DNA of 46,256 nt from the IMG/VR virus record IMGVR_UViG_3300037511_000147, positions 1 through 46,256 of that record; one strand, given 5' to 3'. Position numbers and translations under genes: made by a program. The notes under the pieces were generated by a model. That model was given only the letters and a program-made list of their open reading frames with translations. It ran no database searches and was not told the origin of the DNA. Positions 35,535-42,803 of this stretch are shown here, one piece after another (the stretch's first letter is position 1; each line of letters begins with the position of its first letter). This stretch comes from a virus (Duplodnaviria > Caudoviricetes).

Positions 35535-35659
35535 TGACCGCCCCAAATGCGGCCGACCGCCTCGTACAGAACGGAGCCGCCCCAGAACCAAGCAGCAATG
35601 AACAGTGCGAGCACTGTAACCGGAATCCAGTTCTCGCGAATGTGATGCCGCGCACTCAC
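35531..35659 (-). CDS. Small membrane protein (42 aa)
   Basis: GTGA overlaps on both sides; WIPVTVLALFIAAWFWGG transmembrane segment. Confidence 0.55.
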   Translation of the reverse strand: MSARHHIRENWIPVTVLALFIAAWFWGGSVLYEAVGRIWGGQ

Positions 35660-35847
35660 GGCTTCACCCAGCCCTGCGCCGCTGCGTCCTTGTAGGCGAG
35701 GGCGACCGCCAGGAACGGGGTATCAGCCCGCCCGCGACCGTGCACGAACGCCTCGTCCGCGGACTTCGGTGACCAATTGCAGTGAAAGACCGAATCGCGC
35801 AGGTACACGTGCACCGGCGCATAGCGCAGCATCTGCTCAAAACTCAT
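35656..35847 (-). CDS. Hypothetical protein
   Basis: GGAG upstream; GRGRADTPFLAVALA motif; inside the packaging operon. Confidence 0.6.
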   Translation of the reverse strand: MSFEQMLRYAPVHVYLRDSVFHCNWSPKSADEAFVHGRGRADTPFLAVALAYKDAAAQGWVKP

Positions 35848-35850
35848 CGA

Positions 35851-36270
35851 TCACTCTCCGCGGTTCAGTTCGTTGAGGATATCTTCGCTCGACTGGTATG
35901 TCCGCTGCTGGTCGCCCTTGTTCACGGTGAGAGTCGCCTCCTTCAGCTGAGGCAACGCGAACTTGGCGATCTCGATGAAGAGCTCGACCGCCTTTGCCGG
36001 GGAATCCTCCGCAACCTTGTGAAGCCACGTCTGCAGGGCGTCGAGGTTCTGTAGCGCCAACAGGTGGAAAGCCTGTCGGATCTTGTTCTGCGTTACGAGC
36101 TTCTTCGCCTTCTCGATCATCATGGTGGGGTCAGGCGGTAGCACGATCACGCGATCGACCGTGCGCGCATGCGGATTCACCAGCTCACCCTGGGGCGGGC
36201 GCGGCTTGGACGGGTTCGGGTTGAACTCTCGCGGTTCACCACCGAGAAGGTCTTCGTGATCGCTCATCAT
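35851..36270 (-). CDS. terS: Terminase small subunit (putative)
   Basis: First gene of the late operon; helical WL..VA..SPAKAVELF.....FALPQLK motif typical of small terminases. Confidence 0.7.
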   Translation of the reverse strand: MMSDHEDLLGGEPREFNPNPSKPRPPQGELVNPHARTVDRVIVLPPDPTMMIEKAKKLVTQNKIRQAFHLLALQNLDALQTWLHKVAEDSPAKAVELFIEIAKFALPQLKEATLTVNKGDQQRTYQSSEDILNELNRGE

Positions 36271-36905
36271 TTCGGGCGGGCGGCGGGTTTATCCATGCGC
36301 GCACGTTTACCAGCTCAGCAGTGGCGGCGTCGCTGCGATTCGCCGGGACTGTGATTCACGTCGCATAGTGCTGGCAGGCACTAGTGAGTCGCCGCTGCAC
36401 CCTATGTGAGTCCTATATAGGGTTTAGAATCCGCGTACCGCAAATCTGCCGTTCGGGTACCCCCTGTACGCAGGGGACCCAAAGCGCGAAACAGGGGGCT
36501 ACCCCCTACCCCTCCCCGCCCGCGAGCAGCGCCGCTGCGCTCGATCGCCGGGCGATGACACGCAAACCCAGGGCATGAAGCAGGCCGAGCTCGTGTCATT
36601 GATTCACGGGCGCGGCAATACAGGCACGTATAATACCCAGCATGTTAAAACGAGCCCTGATTGGCGCATCCCTGGATCAGTCGGGCTCAGAGCCACCCAG
36701 GACGGCGCAACAGCCGTACCCGAGCCGGGCGAATAGGGGTTAGGTTTCTAGCTCGACCGCCAGTCTGTATGCATAGGCTTTAGCGGGCGGCGATTCTCGC
36801 CAGTCACTCTCTACCGCCTTGCTAACCATTGGTAAAGTTGGTTTAGCAAAGGGGTAGATAGGACCTGGCTCGGATGAGTCGTGAGGTCCTTTGTAAACCC
36901 TTTGC

Positions 36906-36988
36906 GCTAAACCCATTGGGCTTTATAGGGCTTCACTTCACCCATCGAACCTGCGACACTGCTAAACCCATTGGGCTTTATAGGGCTT
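36906..36988 (+). repeat. 28-bp direct repeat, two copies, in the divergent intergenic region
   Basis: GCTAAACCCATTGGGCTTTATAGGGCTT at 36906..36933 and 36961..36988. Confidence 0.9.
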
Positions 36989-36993
36989 AGAAC

Positions 36994-37665
36994 ATGCCGA
37001 AACTGTACTCTCAAACCCTTTCCGCAGACTCGCCGGACCGCCAACGCCCGCCGCGCATGCACAAAGGTAATGTGCCGTCTCCCGATCAGTACCCCATCAC
37101 CCTGGGTACTCTGCAGCTGCCGGACGAGCGCTGGACCGTCTCACTACTCCAAGCCCGCATCGGCACGCCCGGTCAGCGCCTGAAGGACGGTCCCGCCCCC
37201 GCATCTGACGATTGGTGGAACATCAAGCTATGGGCAGACGGCCGCGCCCTGCACAAGGCGAACTACTGGACTTCGTGGAGCCCGACCGAGCGGCGCCTGA
37301 CGGCCAGGGGTGACACAAAGGCTTTAGCCGCCCGCGAGCCGCTCATCAAAACCCTGCTCGCCGCGCTGCAGCTCATGACCCTGGAATTTACCGGTAGCGC
37401 GACCTCTATCCCCTTTGTGCGGGCTCAGTGCGATTGCCAGGGTACGATCACCGTCGGCATTGATCCGATGTACGAAGAGCTCTGCGTGTCGACCATGATG
37501 CGGGCGCGAGGTATGGCCGCCGCGCCGCCGCGCGTATTTACTGACGCCGAACGCCCGGCGCTCATGGCGATGGCGCGTATGGTCAACGCTGAGCGCATGC
37601 CTTCGCAGGGGTGGAGCACGGTGCGGGACGAACTCACCGGGGGCTTTACGCTTGTCGCAAAGTGA
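36994..37665 (+). CDS. Hypothetical protein
   Basis: 223-aa ORF with protein-like content (WWNIKLWADGRALHKANYW); true start uncertain. Confidence 0.5.
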   Translation: MPKLYSQTLSADSPDRQRPPRMHKGNVPSPDQYPITLGTLQLPDERWTVSLLQARIGTPGQRLKDGPAPASDDWWNIKLWADGRALHKANYWTSWSPTERRLTARGDTKALAAREPLIKTLLAALQLMTLEFTGSATSIPFVRAQCDCQGTITVGIDPMYEELCVSTMMRARGMAAAPPRVFTDAERPALMAMARMVNAERMPSQGWSTVRDELTGGFTLVAK

Positions 37666-37778
37666 CCTAGAACGTCAGCTTTGCGTCACTTTGTGACACG
37701 CAGTGTCGGTAGGGCTTACACAGTGCCTGCCGGCACTATCGCAGAATCAATGAGTTATAGGTTGGCACGCGCCATGCA
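37654..37778 (+). promoter_or_regulatory. Sigma54 (RpoN) promoter with IHF site and two candidate enhancer boxes
   Basis: -24/-12 element TGGCACGCGCCATGCA (37763..37778); IHF consensus WATCAANNNNTTR matched by AATCAATGAGTTA (37745..37757); boxes GTCGCAAAGTGAC (37654) and GTCACTTTGTGAC (37685). Confidence 0.75.
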
Positions 37779-37804
37779 TACTCTCACTCACCAGATCGCC
37801 GCAT

Positions 37805-38063
37805 GCCACAGGAGCAGCGAACCATGTTAACCAAGATCATCGGCGCCCCGTTTACTGGCGAGCGTGCCGCTAAGCAGGTGCTCACCAAGTTTCGCAAGCG
37901 CCATCGCGTCGCGTTGCGCGGCGCAGTTGTGCTGCAGGACTACAGTGGGGCTTGGTACGTTCACGCACCCTTGGGCGGTACAGGTTTCAGCGCCGCCGAA
38001 ATGGCGGGCGCCCTGCTTGCCGTTCGTGCCGAATAGCGCACGCCACAGGAGCAGCGAACCATG
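37805..38063 (+). repeat. Repeated 22-bp translation-start cassette GCCACAGGAGCAGCGAACCATG
   Basis: Exact copies at 37805..37826 and 38042..38063; variants at about 38304 (CCACAGGAGAAGCAGTCATG) and 40203 (GCCACAGGAGCGACGAATCATG). Confidence 0.85.
37824..38036 (+). CDS. Early hypothetical protein
   Basis: AGGAG RBS cassette; first gene after sigma54 promoter 1. Confidence 0.75.
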   Translation: MLTKIIGAPFTGERAAKQVLTKFRKRHRVALRGAVVLQDYSGAWYVHAPLGGTGFSAAEMAGALLAVRAE

Positions 38064-38276
38064 AACTGCACGCAGATCCATTACACTTCCCAGAAGTATC
38101 CGAGCGACGTGCTCACTCTGGACATCAAGAACAGCGACGGCCGGACCTGTGAGTGGCTCGCGCGCACCCGCGTCCACGGGTACGAAGAGGGAATCGCCGT
38201 CCTCGAATGGCGTGACCAGACTCACCGGGAGATATTCTGGCGTGAGTGGCTCACCCTGAGCGGCCGGATTGGCTAG
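38061..38276 (+). CDS. Early hypothetical protein
   Basis: AGGAG RBS cassette. Confidence 0.75.
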   Translation: MNCTQIHYTSQKYPSDVLTLDIKNSDGRTCEWLARTRVHGYEEGIAVLEWRDQTHREIFWREWLTLSGRIG

Positions 38277-38320
38277 GAAATCTAAGTTTGACGTCTAAGC
38301 ATTCCACAGGAGAAGCAGTC

Positions 38321-38737
38321 ATGCACTACGGTTCACTTTGGTCTTTCGGCAACATCGCCACCGAGATCATCCTTCGCAACATCGCGATCGCGGATCTTCC
38401 GCCCGGGGCTCGCGCCCATGAGCTCGCACGCAACGATCACCCTTCGATAACCATCCTGCGTGCGGTCATCCGCGCCGATACGGAGCGCGGCATTGCCCGG
38501 CGCGCTGCGGTGGCGGCTAAGGTCGCCGCTGCGGTGGCGGCTTCTGCCGCTCCTTCGGTGGCCTGCCCGTTCGAGGCCGGCAGCTATGGCGCCCGCTACT
38601 TCGATAGCCTCGAAGGGATGTCTCAGGAGCATCTGCGCCGCCGTAGGGCGGAACTAAAGCGGCAGCTGACCTATACGATGCACGACGAGTGTCGCCGTTT
38701 GGTAGCCCTGCAGTGCGTTGAGGCTCGGCTGTCGTAA
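38321..38737 (+). CDS. Early hypothetical protein
   Basis: AGGAG RBS before ATG 38321. Confidence 0.7.
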   Translation: MHYGSLWSFGNIATEIILRNIAIADLPPGARAHELARNDHPSITILRAVIRADTERGIARRAAVAAKVAAAVAASAAPSVACPFEAGSYGARYFDSLEGMSQEHLRRRRAELKRQLTYTMHDECRRLVALQCVEARLS

Positions 38738-38766
38738 GCATCACCAACCCATAGGACACATGCACC

Positions 38767-38949
38767 GTGGATACTCTCAGTCTCGCTGATGCACTGTTCG
38801 CCCTGATCGGGCGTCTCGACAGTGCCACCCCGCCCGAGCTGCGCGTCGCGCGCAAACAGCTCAAGGAATTTGCACAGGATCAGGCCAACCCTCGCATGCA
38901 CCGTCGCCTCGCCATGTCGCTGGCTGTCGTGCTGGATGAGGTGAAGTGA
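38767..38949 (+). CDS. Early hypothetical protein
   Basis: AGGA upstream; helical 60-aa ORF in a dense gene chain. Confidence 0.6.
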   Translation: MDTLSLADALFALIGRLDSATPPELRVARKQLKEFAQDQANPRMHRRLAMSLAVVLDEVK

Positions 38950-38950
38950 C

Positions 38951-39169
38951 ATGAGCAAGATCACCTCTGAAGAGATCAGTAGGTCGATTGCGCTTCAGAT
39001 CATCGAGCGCTCGACTGACCCGCACCATATCGAACGCGAGTGCGAACAACTGTCGACCGTCGTAGACCGCGTTGGTGGCATGACGACGTGGACCTTCGAA
39101 GACGGCAGCGAAATCCGCACCGGAAACGGCACAGCGGAGCTTTTGCCGACCGAATGGGTGCGGTCGTGA
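38951..39169 (+). CDS. Early hypothetical protein
   Basis: GAGGTG RBS; WTFEDGSEI motif common in small phage proteins. Confidence 0.7.
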   Translation: MSKITSEEISRSIALQIIERSTDPHHIERECEQLSTVVDRVGGMTTWTFEDGSEIRTGNGTAELLPTEWVRS

Positions 39170-39396
39170 GCCGCCGCAAGGCCGCCCCGGCGCTGCCGGC
39201 CGCCTCCCGCATCCCGTACACCGTTTGGGAGCTGCGCGACGTGATGGGCATACAGCCGCCGGTTACGGTCGTGTACCAATCCAAGGTCGGCGACTTTCAG
39301 GCGCAAAATTGCAATCAGCGCATCCTCGGGCAAGTCATGGCGTACACCAAGGAAGACGCGTTGCGCGAGCTGGCAAAGGGAAATACTGTGAAGTAG
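39166..39396 (+). CDS. Early hypothetical protein
   Basis: GTGA overlap; AYTKEDAL motif. Confidence 0.6.
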   Translation: MSRRKAAPALPAASRIPYTVWELRDVMGIQPPVTVVYQSKVGDFQAQNCNQRILGQVMAYTKEDALRELAKGNTVK

Positions 39397-39431
39397 TTCC
39401 GTTGCATGCCGACGAAAACGGAGAAGTAGTC

Positions 39432-39611
39432 ATGTCAGAAGAGAACCTGTTGCGGGCACTCGGTCCTTCCGAGGGCGGCACCGCCACTTTCCCTGACGAG
39501 CTGATCGTCGTGGCGGAGATCATCGATAGGTATGACCCCGGCAGCGGCCTGGGTCGTCATCTCCGCGAACGGGCCGAGAAAATTCGCACCGCCCTGGAAG
39601 GTGCCGCGTGA
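39432..39611 (+). CDS. Early hypothetical protein
   Basis: GGAG RBS before ATG 39432. Confidence 0.6.
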   Translation: MSEENLLRALGPSEGGTATFPDELIVVAEIIDRYDPGSGLGRHLRERAEKIRTALEGAA

Positions 39612-40078
39612 CTCGCTCACAGGAAACGGGGAAACCTCTCACGTGCGTGGCGCGCATAGCGAGGACGGCGCGTGTTTGTGGCCGTCCAGCAAAATGGAGA
39701 GCGCCCAGCGGCGACCTACTTTGCGGCGTTCATCGTCTGAGCGCCGAGTCTTCTGGAAGCGGTACGCGATTTAAGTGTACTCCTGTGAAGCAAGGCGATG
39801 CAGCTGCATACCGGCTGGCCGTTGCCGCGACACAGGCTGCACGAGAAGCCCTCATCAAGGGCGCGGGGCATGAGCCAAAGAATGACCTCCTGACCATCAA
39901 GCGTGAGCACGCAGAGGCCGCATTCCGAGTGCTCGACGTAGTCGCGGGTTGCCTTGGGCAGTTGGCGTCCAAATCGAATCCGCTGATGTGCCACGGCTCG
40001 GATCTGTGGACCGTGCGTGAGATACGAGATCACGCGAAGGCTGCCGCAAAGATGCTGAAGAAGGATCTGGAGCGATGA
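39608..40078 (+). CDS. Early hypothetical protein with C...C...CxxH motif
   Basis: GTGA overlap; TCVA...VCGRPA...LCGVH, possible zinc ligands. Confidence 0.6.
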   Translation: MTRSQETGKPLTCVARIARTARVCGRPAKWRAPSGDLLCGVHRLSAESSGSGTRFKCTPVKQGDAAAYRLAVAATQAAREALIKGAGHEPKNDLLTIKREHAEAAFRVLDVVAGCLGQLASKSNPLMCHGSDLWTVREIRDHAKAAAKMLKKDLER

Positions 40079-40149
40079 ACGACAACCGTCCCGCACTACG
40101 TGTAAGCGTCACCGTGTTGGCGCTCGCGATAATCGGCTGCACCCGACGG

Positions 40150-40177
40150 TTGACCGACCAGAGCTTGGCGATATAAT
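40150..40177 (+). promoter_or_regulatory. Sigma70-type promoter candidate
   Basis: TTGACC-16 bp-TATAAT upstream of the RBS cassette at 40203. Confidence 0.5.
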
Positions 40178-40221
40178 ATCCGCACACTTTCACCCAACGT
40201 ACGCCACAGGAGCGACGAATC

Positions 40222-40359
40222 ATGCCTGAAGTAATCCGATACGACGTCTTTATCGCGATCCAGCTTAATGCCTGGGTCGACTTTGTCGGTGCTCACTGCT
40301 GGCTGTCTGCCCGCTCGCGCCCGGTCTACCTGCCGGCGCATTTTGAGGTGCAGCCGTGA
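40222..40359 (+). CDS. Small hypothetical protein (45 aa)
   Basis: Preceded by the CCACAGGAG cassette; GTGA overlap downstream. Confidence 0.6.
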   Translation: MPEVIRYDVFIAIQLNAWVDFVGAHCWLSARSRPVYLPAHFEVQP

Positions 40360-40520
40360 GCGCCCTCGTATCCCTGTTCCAGAATGAGTTTGGCAACTGG
40401 TTTATCTGTATCCGGTTGGGGTACGGCACGCCAGCTGAGCGCGCCGAGCTCGTCGCTATAACCTCCATGACCGCCGCGCGCTTCATGGCGCAGGGCTGGC
40501 CGATCCGCAAAGAGATTTAA
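40356..40520 (+). CDS. Small hypothetical protein (54 aa)
   Basis: GAGGTG RBS and GTGA overlap. Confidence 0.55.
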   Translation: MSALVSLFQNEFGNWFICIRLGYGTPAERAELVAITSMTAARFMAQGWPIRKEI

Positions 40521-40523
40521 GCA

Positions 40524-40721
40524 ATGCGCTTCTCCGACTGCTTCGAGACCGACGTCGCGCTCGCGCGATGGGATGCGCAACGCGAGTGGCGCAAATGGCG
40601 AACCATCCTGCGCCGCCTGGAGGCGCGTGGCGCCGCCCGGCAAACCCGAGAGACTGTAACCCTGTGGCTGGCCAACGCCAAAGCGAAATGCCGCCGGCTG
40701 CGAGAGGAGATGCGAGCATGA
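40524..40721 (+). CDS. Hypothetical basic protein
   Basis: In the gene chain; ATGA overlap with the next gene. Confidence 0.55.
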   Translation: MRFSDCFETDVALARWDAQREWRKWRTILRRLEARGAARQTRETVTLWLANAKAKCRRLREEMRA

Positions 40722-41104
40722 CCCGAGCTGAACTTTACGGGCTGATCACCAAGGCGATGCGTGCGGCCGGCGAGCTGTCAAGCTGGCATCCTGGCGAGGA
40801 TGTGTGGCAAATGTGCGCCGAATCGCTGGCCGATGAACTCGCCAAGATCCACCCGCATTTCGACCGCGAGCGCTTTCTGCGGGAGTGCGAAGGCCGCACG
40901 CCGACCCCACCCCCGAGTACGCTACTGCACAGCACGGCGAACATGCTGCTCGCGCTTGTGCAGACCAGCGGCCGGCAGAAAGCCGTGGAGCTGCTGGTGC
41001 AGTACGGCGCACCCCCTGGTGCCCCCACGCTGTCGGGGGTGTCGGCTGATCGCTTACCTGCCTTGCACGCGGAATTGGAGCGGCTATGCCCGCCGTCGCG
41101 TTGA
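40718..41104 (+). CDS. Two-domain hypothetical protein
   Basis: GAGGAG RBS; PHFDRERFLREC motif, then a helical domain similar to the C-terminus of 44459..44902. Confidence 0.7.
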   Translation: MTRAELYGLITKAMRAAGELSSWHPGEDVWQMCAESLADELAKIHPHFDRERFLRECEGRTPTPPPSTLLHSTANMLLALVQTSGRQKAVELLVQYGAPPGAPTLSGVSADRLPALHAELERLCPPSR

Positions 41105-41219
41105 TCCTGCTGCTCGTCGGAATGGGCGCCGCCTGTGCGGCTGCTCGCGCCACGCACCGCTGGCCGAAGTCCGGCGGGCACACCCATCCTTCTTACTTTC
41201 GCAACCCATCGGAGAAACC

Positions 41220-42047
41220 ATGAAATGTCTGACCAGATTCGCCGTCATGCTGTCGATTGCGGCTTTGCTTACGACGGCCGTTGCACATGCCACATCACCG
41301 CCCCACGTGGCCGTACCAACGACTACATTCGGGGGGTCCTCTTCTCCGACTTCGCATCCATCGAAGCACGGGTCTCAGCCGCCAGCCGCGCAGCCGTCGA
41401 ACAACGTCTCGCAGGTCTCTCAGACGAAAAGCTCGGCCAGCTCGTTGAGCAAGTCGGCAGCGAAATCAGACGCCGCTGCCCGCAGTGGCAGCTCGTCGGC
41501 GAGTCAATCATCCAGCACGGGCGGGCACTCTTCGGCGACCGGCGGGAGCAGCAAGCAGGCACAGCGACAGAGCAGCACGAACGAGAGCAGCGGCAACGCG
41601 TCAGCTCAGACCGGTGCAATCTCTGTAACGGGACCGGCTGCGTCCACTGCGAACGGTGATCAGGAAGTAACTATTCATGGCGACGAGACTACGTACGAAG
41701 CCCCCAAGATCCCCGTTTCGACTGCAGTCGCTGGTGGCACTAACACCACGGCAGGTTGCCGCTATTCAGTGGGGGCCGGCGGGCAAGCGACTATTCTCGG
41801 CCTCAGTTTCGGCATCGGCCGGAAAGACCGGGACTGTGAGCGGGTTGCGCTCGCGGAAATGATGTACGACCGCGGCAACCCCGATGCGGGCGACGCCATC
41901 ATGTGCCGCGTTCGCGAGCTGCGAGAGGCGTTCGGCGCTGACTGCCTGGCAATGCTCGCCCGCTCGCGCCCCGCCGTTCCTGCGCAGCCTACAGAGCGCC
42001 AGCTGCGGATGCGCGAGGAATTTGAGCGCGGGGAGTACCGGAAATGA
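41220..42047 (+). CDS. Secreted/periplasmic protein with Ser-rich linker and Cys-containing C-terminal domain
   Basis: GGAG RBS; signal peptide MKCLTRFAVMLSIAALLTTAVAHA; C-terminal CRYSVGAGGQ...GLSFG...DRDCER...IMC. Confidence 0.7.
   Translation: MKCLTRFAVMLSIAALLTTAVAHATSPPHVAVPTTTFGGSSSPTSHPSKHGSQPPAAQPSNNVSQVSQTKSSASSLSKSAAKSDAAARSGSSSASQSSSTGGHSSATGGSSKQAQRQSSTNESSGNASAQTGAISVTGPAASTANGDQEVTIHGDETTYEAPKIPVSTAVAGGTNTTAGCRYSVGAGGQATILGLSFGIGRKDRDCERVALAEMMYDRGNPDAGDAIMCRVRELREAFGADCLAMLARSRPAVPAQPTERQLRMREEFERGEYRK
41225..41659 (+). CDS. Overprinted zinc-finger protein (144 aa) in an alternative frame
   Basis: ATG 10 nt after the same GGAG; HAVDC...CTC, DFASIEARV, amphipathic helices, CNLCNGTGCVHC. 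Confidence 0.6.
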   Translation: MSDQIRRHAVDCGFAYDGRCTCHITAPRGRTNDYIRGVLFSDFASIEARVSAASRAAVEQRLAGLSDEKLGQLVEQVGSEIRRRCPQWQLVGESIIQHGRALFGDRREQQAGTATEQHEREQRQRVSSDRCNLCNGTGCVHCER

Positions 42048-42238
42048 CCGAGATAGTGCCGGAGCTGATCGACGGTATGCGGCAACCGGTATTCCTGGGC
42101 GGTTTCATCCATGCAGATGATGTGCAAACGCGCGTGGATCTGGCCCGATGGCCACTCACGTTCAGGCCGTACTATCGAGTACCGCCCCCTGAAGGAGTCG
42201 ATCCGTGGACTTGGATGGAGCTGGAGTTTCAGCCATGA
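42044..42238 (+). CDS. Hypothetical protein
   Basis: GGAG RBS and ATGA overlap. Confidence 0.6.
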   Translation: MTEIVPELIDGMRQPVFLGGFIHADDVQTRVDLARWPLTFRPYYRVPPPEGVDPWTWMELEFQP

Positions 42239-42501
42239 AACGCCAGCGCAGAGTGCACTACGCCCCGCATGTAGGATCTCGCGCCCTCTGTGGCGCACCT
42301 GTTCCGCCGTTCGGCGCTTCGCCGCAGCTGCTGACGCAAGTAGCCGACGACATCACCTGCCGCGTGTGCATGTTCCACTACCTGGCGCAGCAAGCGCCAT
42401 GGGCGTCTGCGTTCCTGGCCGACCTGCGCGCAGCGGATCCCAGTGCGAAGACGTCGGAAGGCGCGCGGCTGAGGCGGGAGGCTGCGACCCCGGGATGCTG
42501 A
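42235..42501 (+). CDS. Hypothetical protein with H...CG...CxxC zinc motif
   Basis: GGAG RBS, ATGA overlap; VHY...ALCG...ITCRVC. Confidence 0.65.
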   Translation: MKRQRRVHYAPHVGSRALCGAPVPPFGASPQLLTQVADDITCRVCMFHYLAQQAPWASAFLADLRAADPSAKTSEGARLRREAATPGC

Positions 42502-42616
42502 GACTGTTTCGAGGAGTGATGACAACCTTGGCGCGCACGGCGGTTCTGCTGTGCGCGCTTTTTCTTTTACTGCTCGGCTGGCCGACGCGCCGGCTGAAAC
42601 TATTTGACAATAGTTG

Positions 42617-42645
42617 TTGACGCCTTTACATAGTGCGTGTACATT
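42617..42645 (+). promoter_or_regulatory. Sigma70-type promoter candidate
   Basis: TTGACG-17 bp-TACATT in an AT-rich intergenic region. Confidence 0.55.
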
Positions 42646-42708
42646 CTCCCCTGTCGATAGGTAGAACCCGTAACGAATAGGCTTTACATAAAGCGCGGCC
42701 GCAAGGTA

Positions 42709-42743
42709 AATCAACGACTTGCACCGCTGGCACGGGTCCTGCA
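42709..42743 (+). promoter_or_regulatory. Second sigma54 promoter with adjacent IHF site
   Basis: IHF match AATCAACGACTTG (42709..42721) and -24/-12 element TGGCACGGGTCCTGCA (42728..42743); same layout as at 37745..37778. Confidence 0.72.
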
Positions 42744-42803
42744 TATCTAATACCGCCCACCCCGGGCATGTGACTTGGCAATAAACGAACTGGAGAATGG
42801 AAC

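Noticed and set aside
36906-36988. Mini-CRISPR array (28-bp repeat, 27-bp spacer, repeat)
   Set aside because: Only two copies, no typical CRISPR repeat ends, and the repeat is built from the same degenerate motif scattered through the region. The Cas4-like DUF2800 gene is a standard replication-module gene, not a cas locus.
36417-36990. Telomere-like (TTTAGGG) repeats or a protelomerase site
   Set aside because: The copies are dispersed and degenerate, there is no long perfect palindrome, and no protelomerase gene was recognised.
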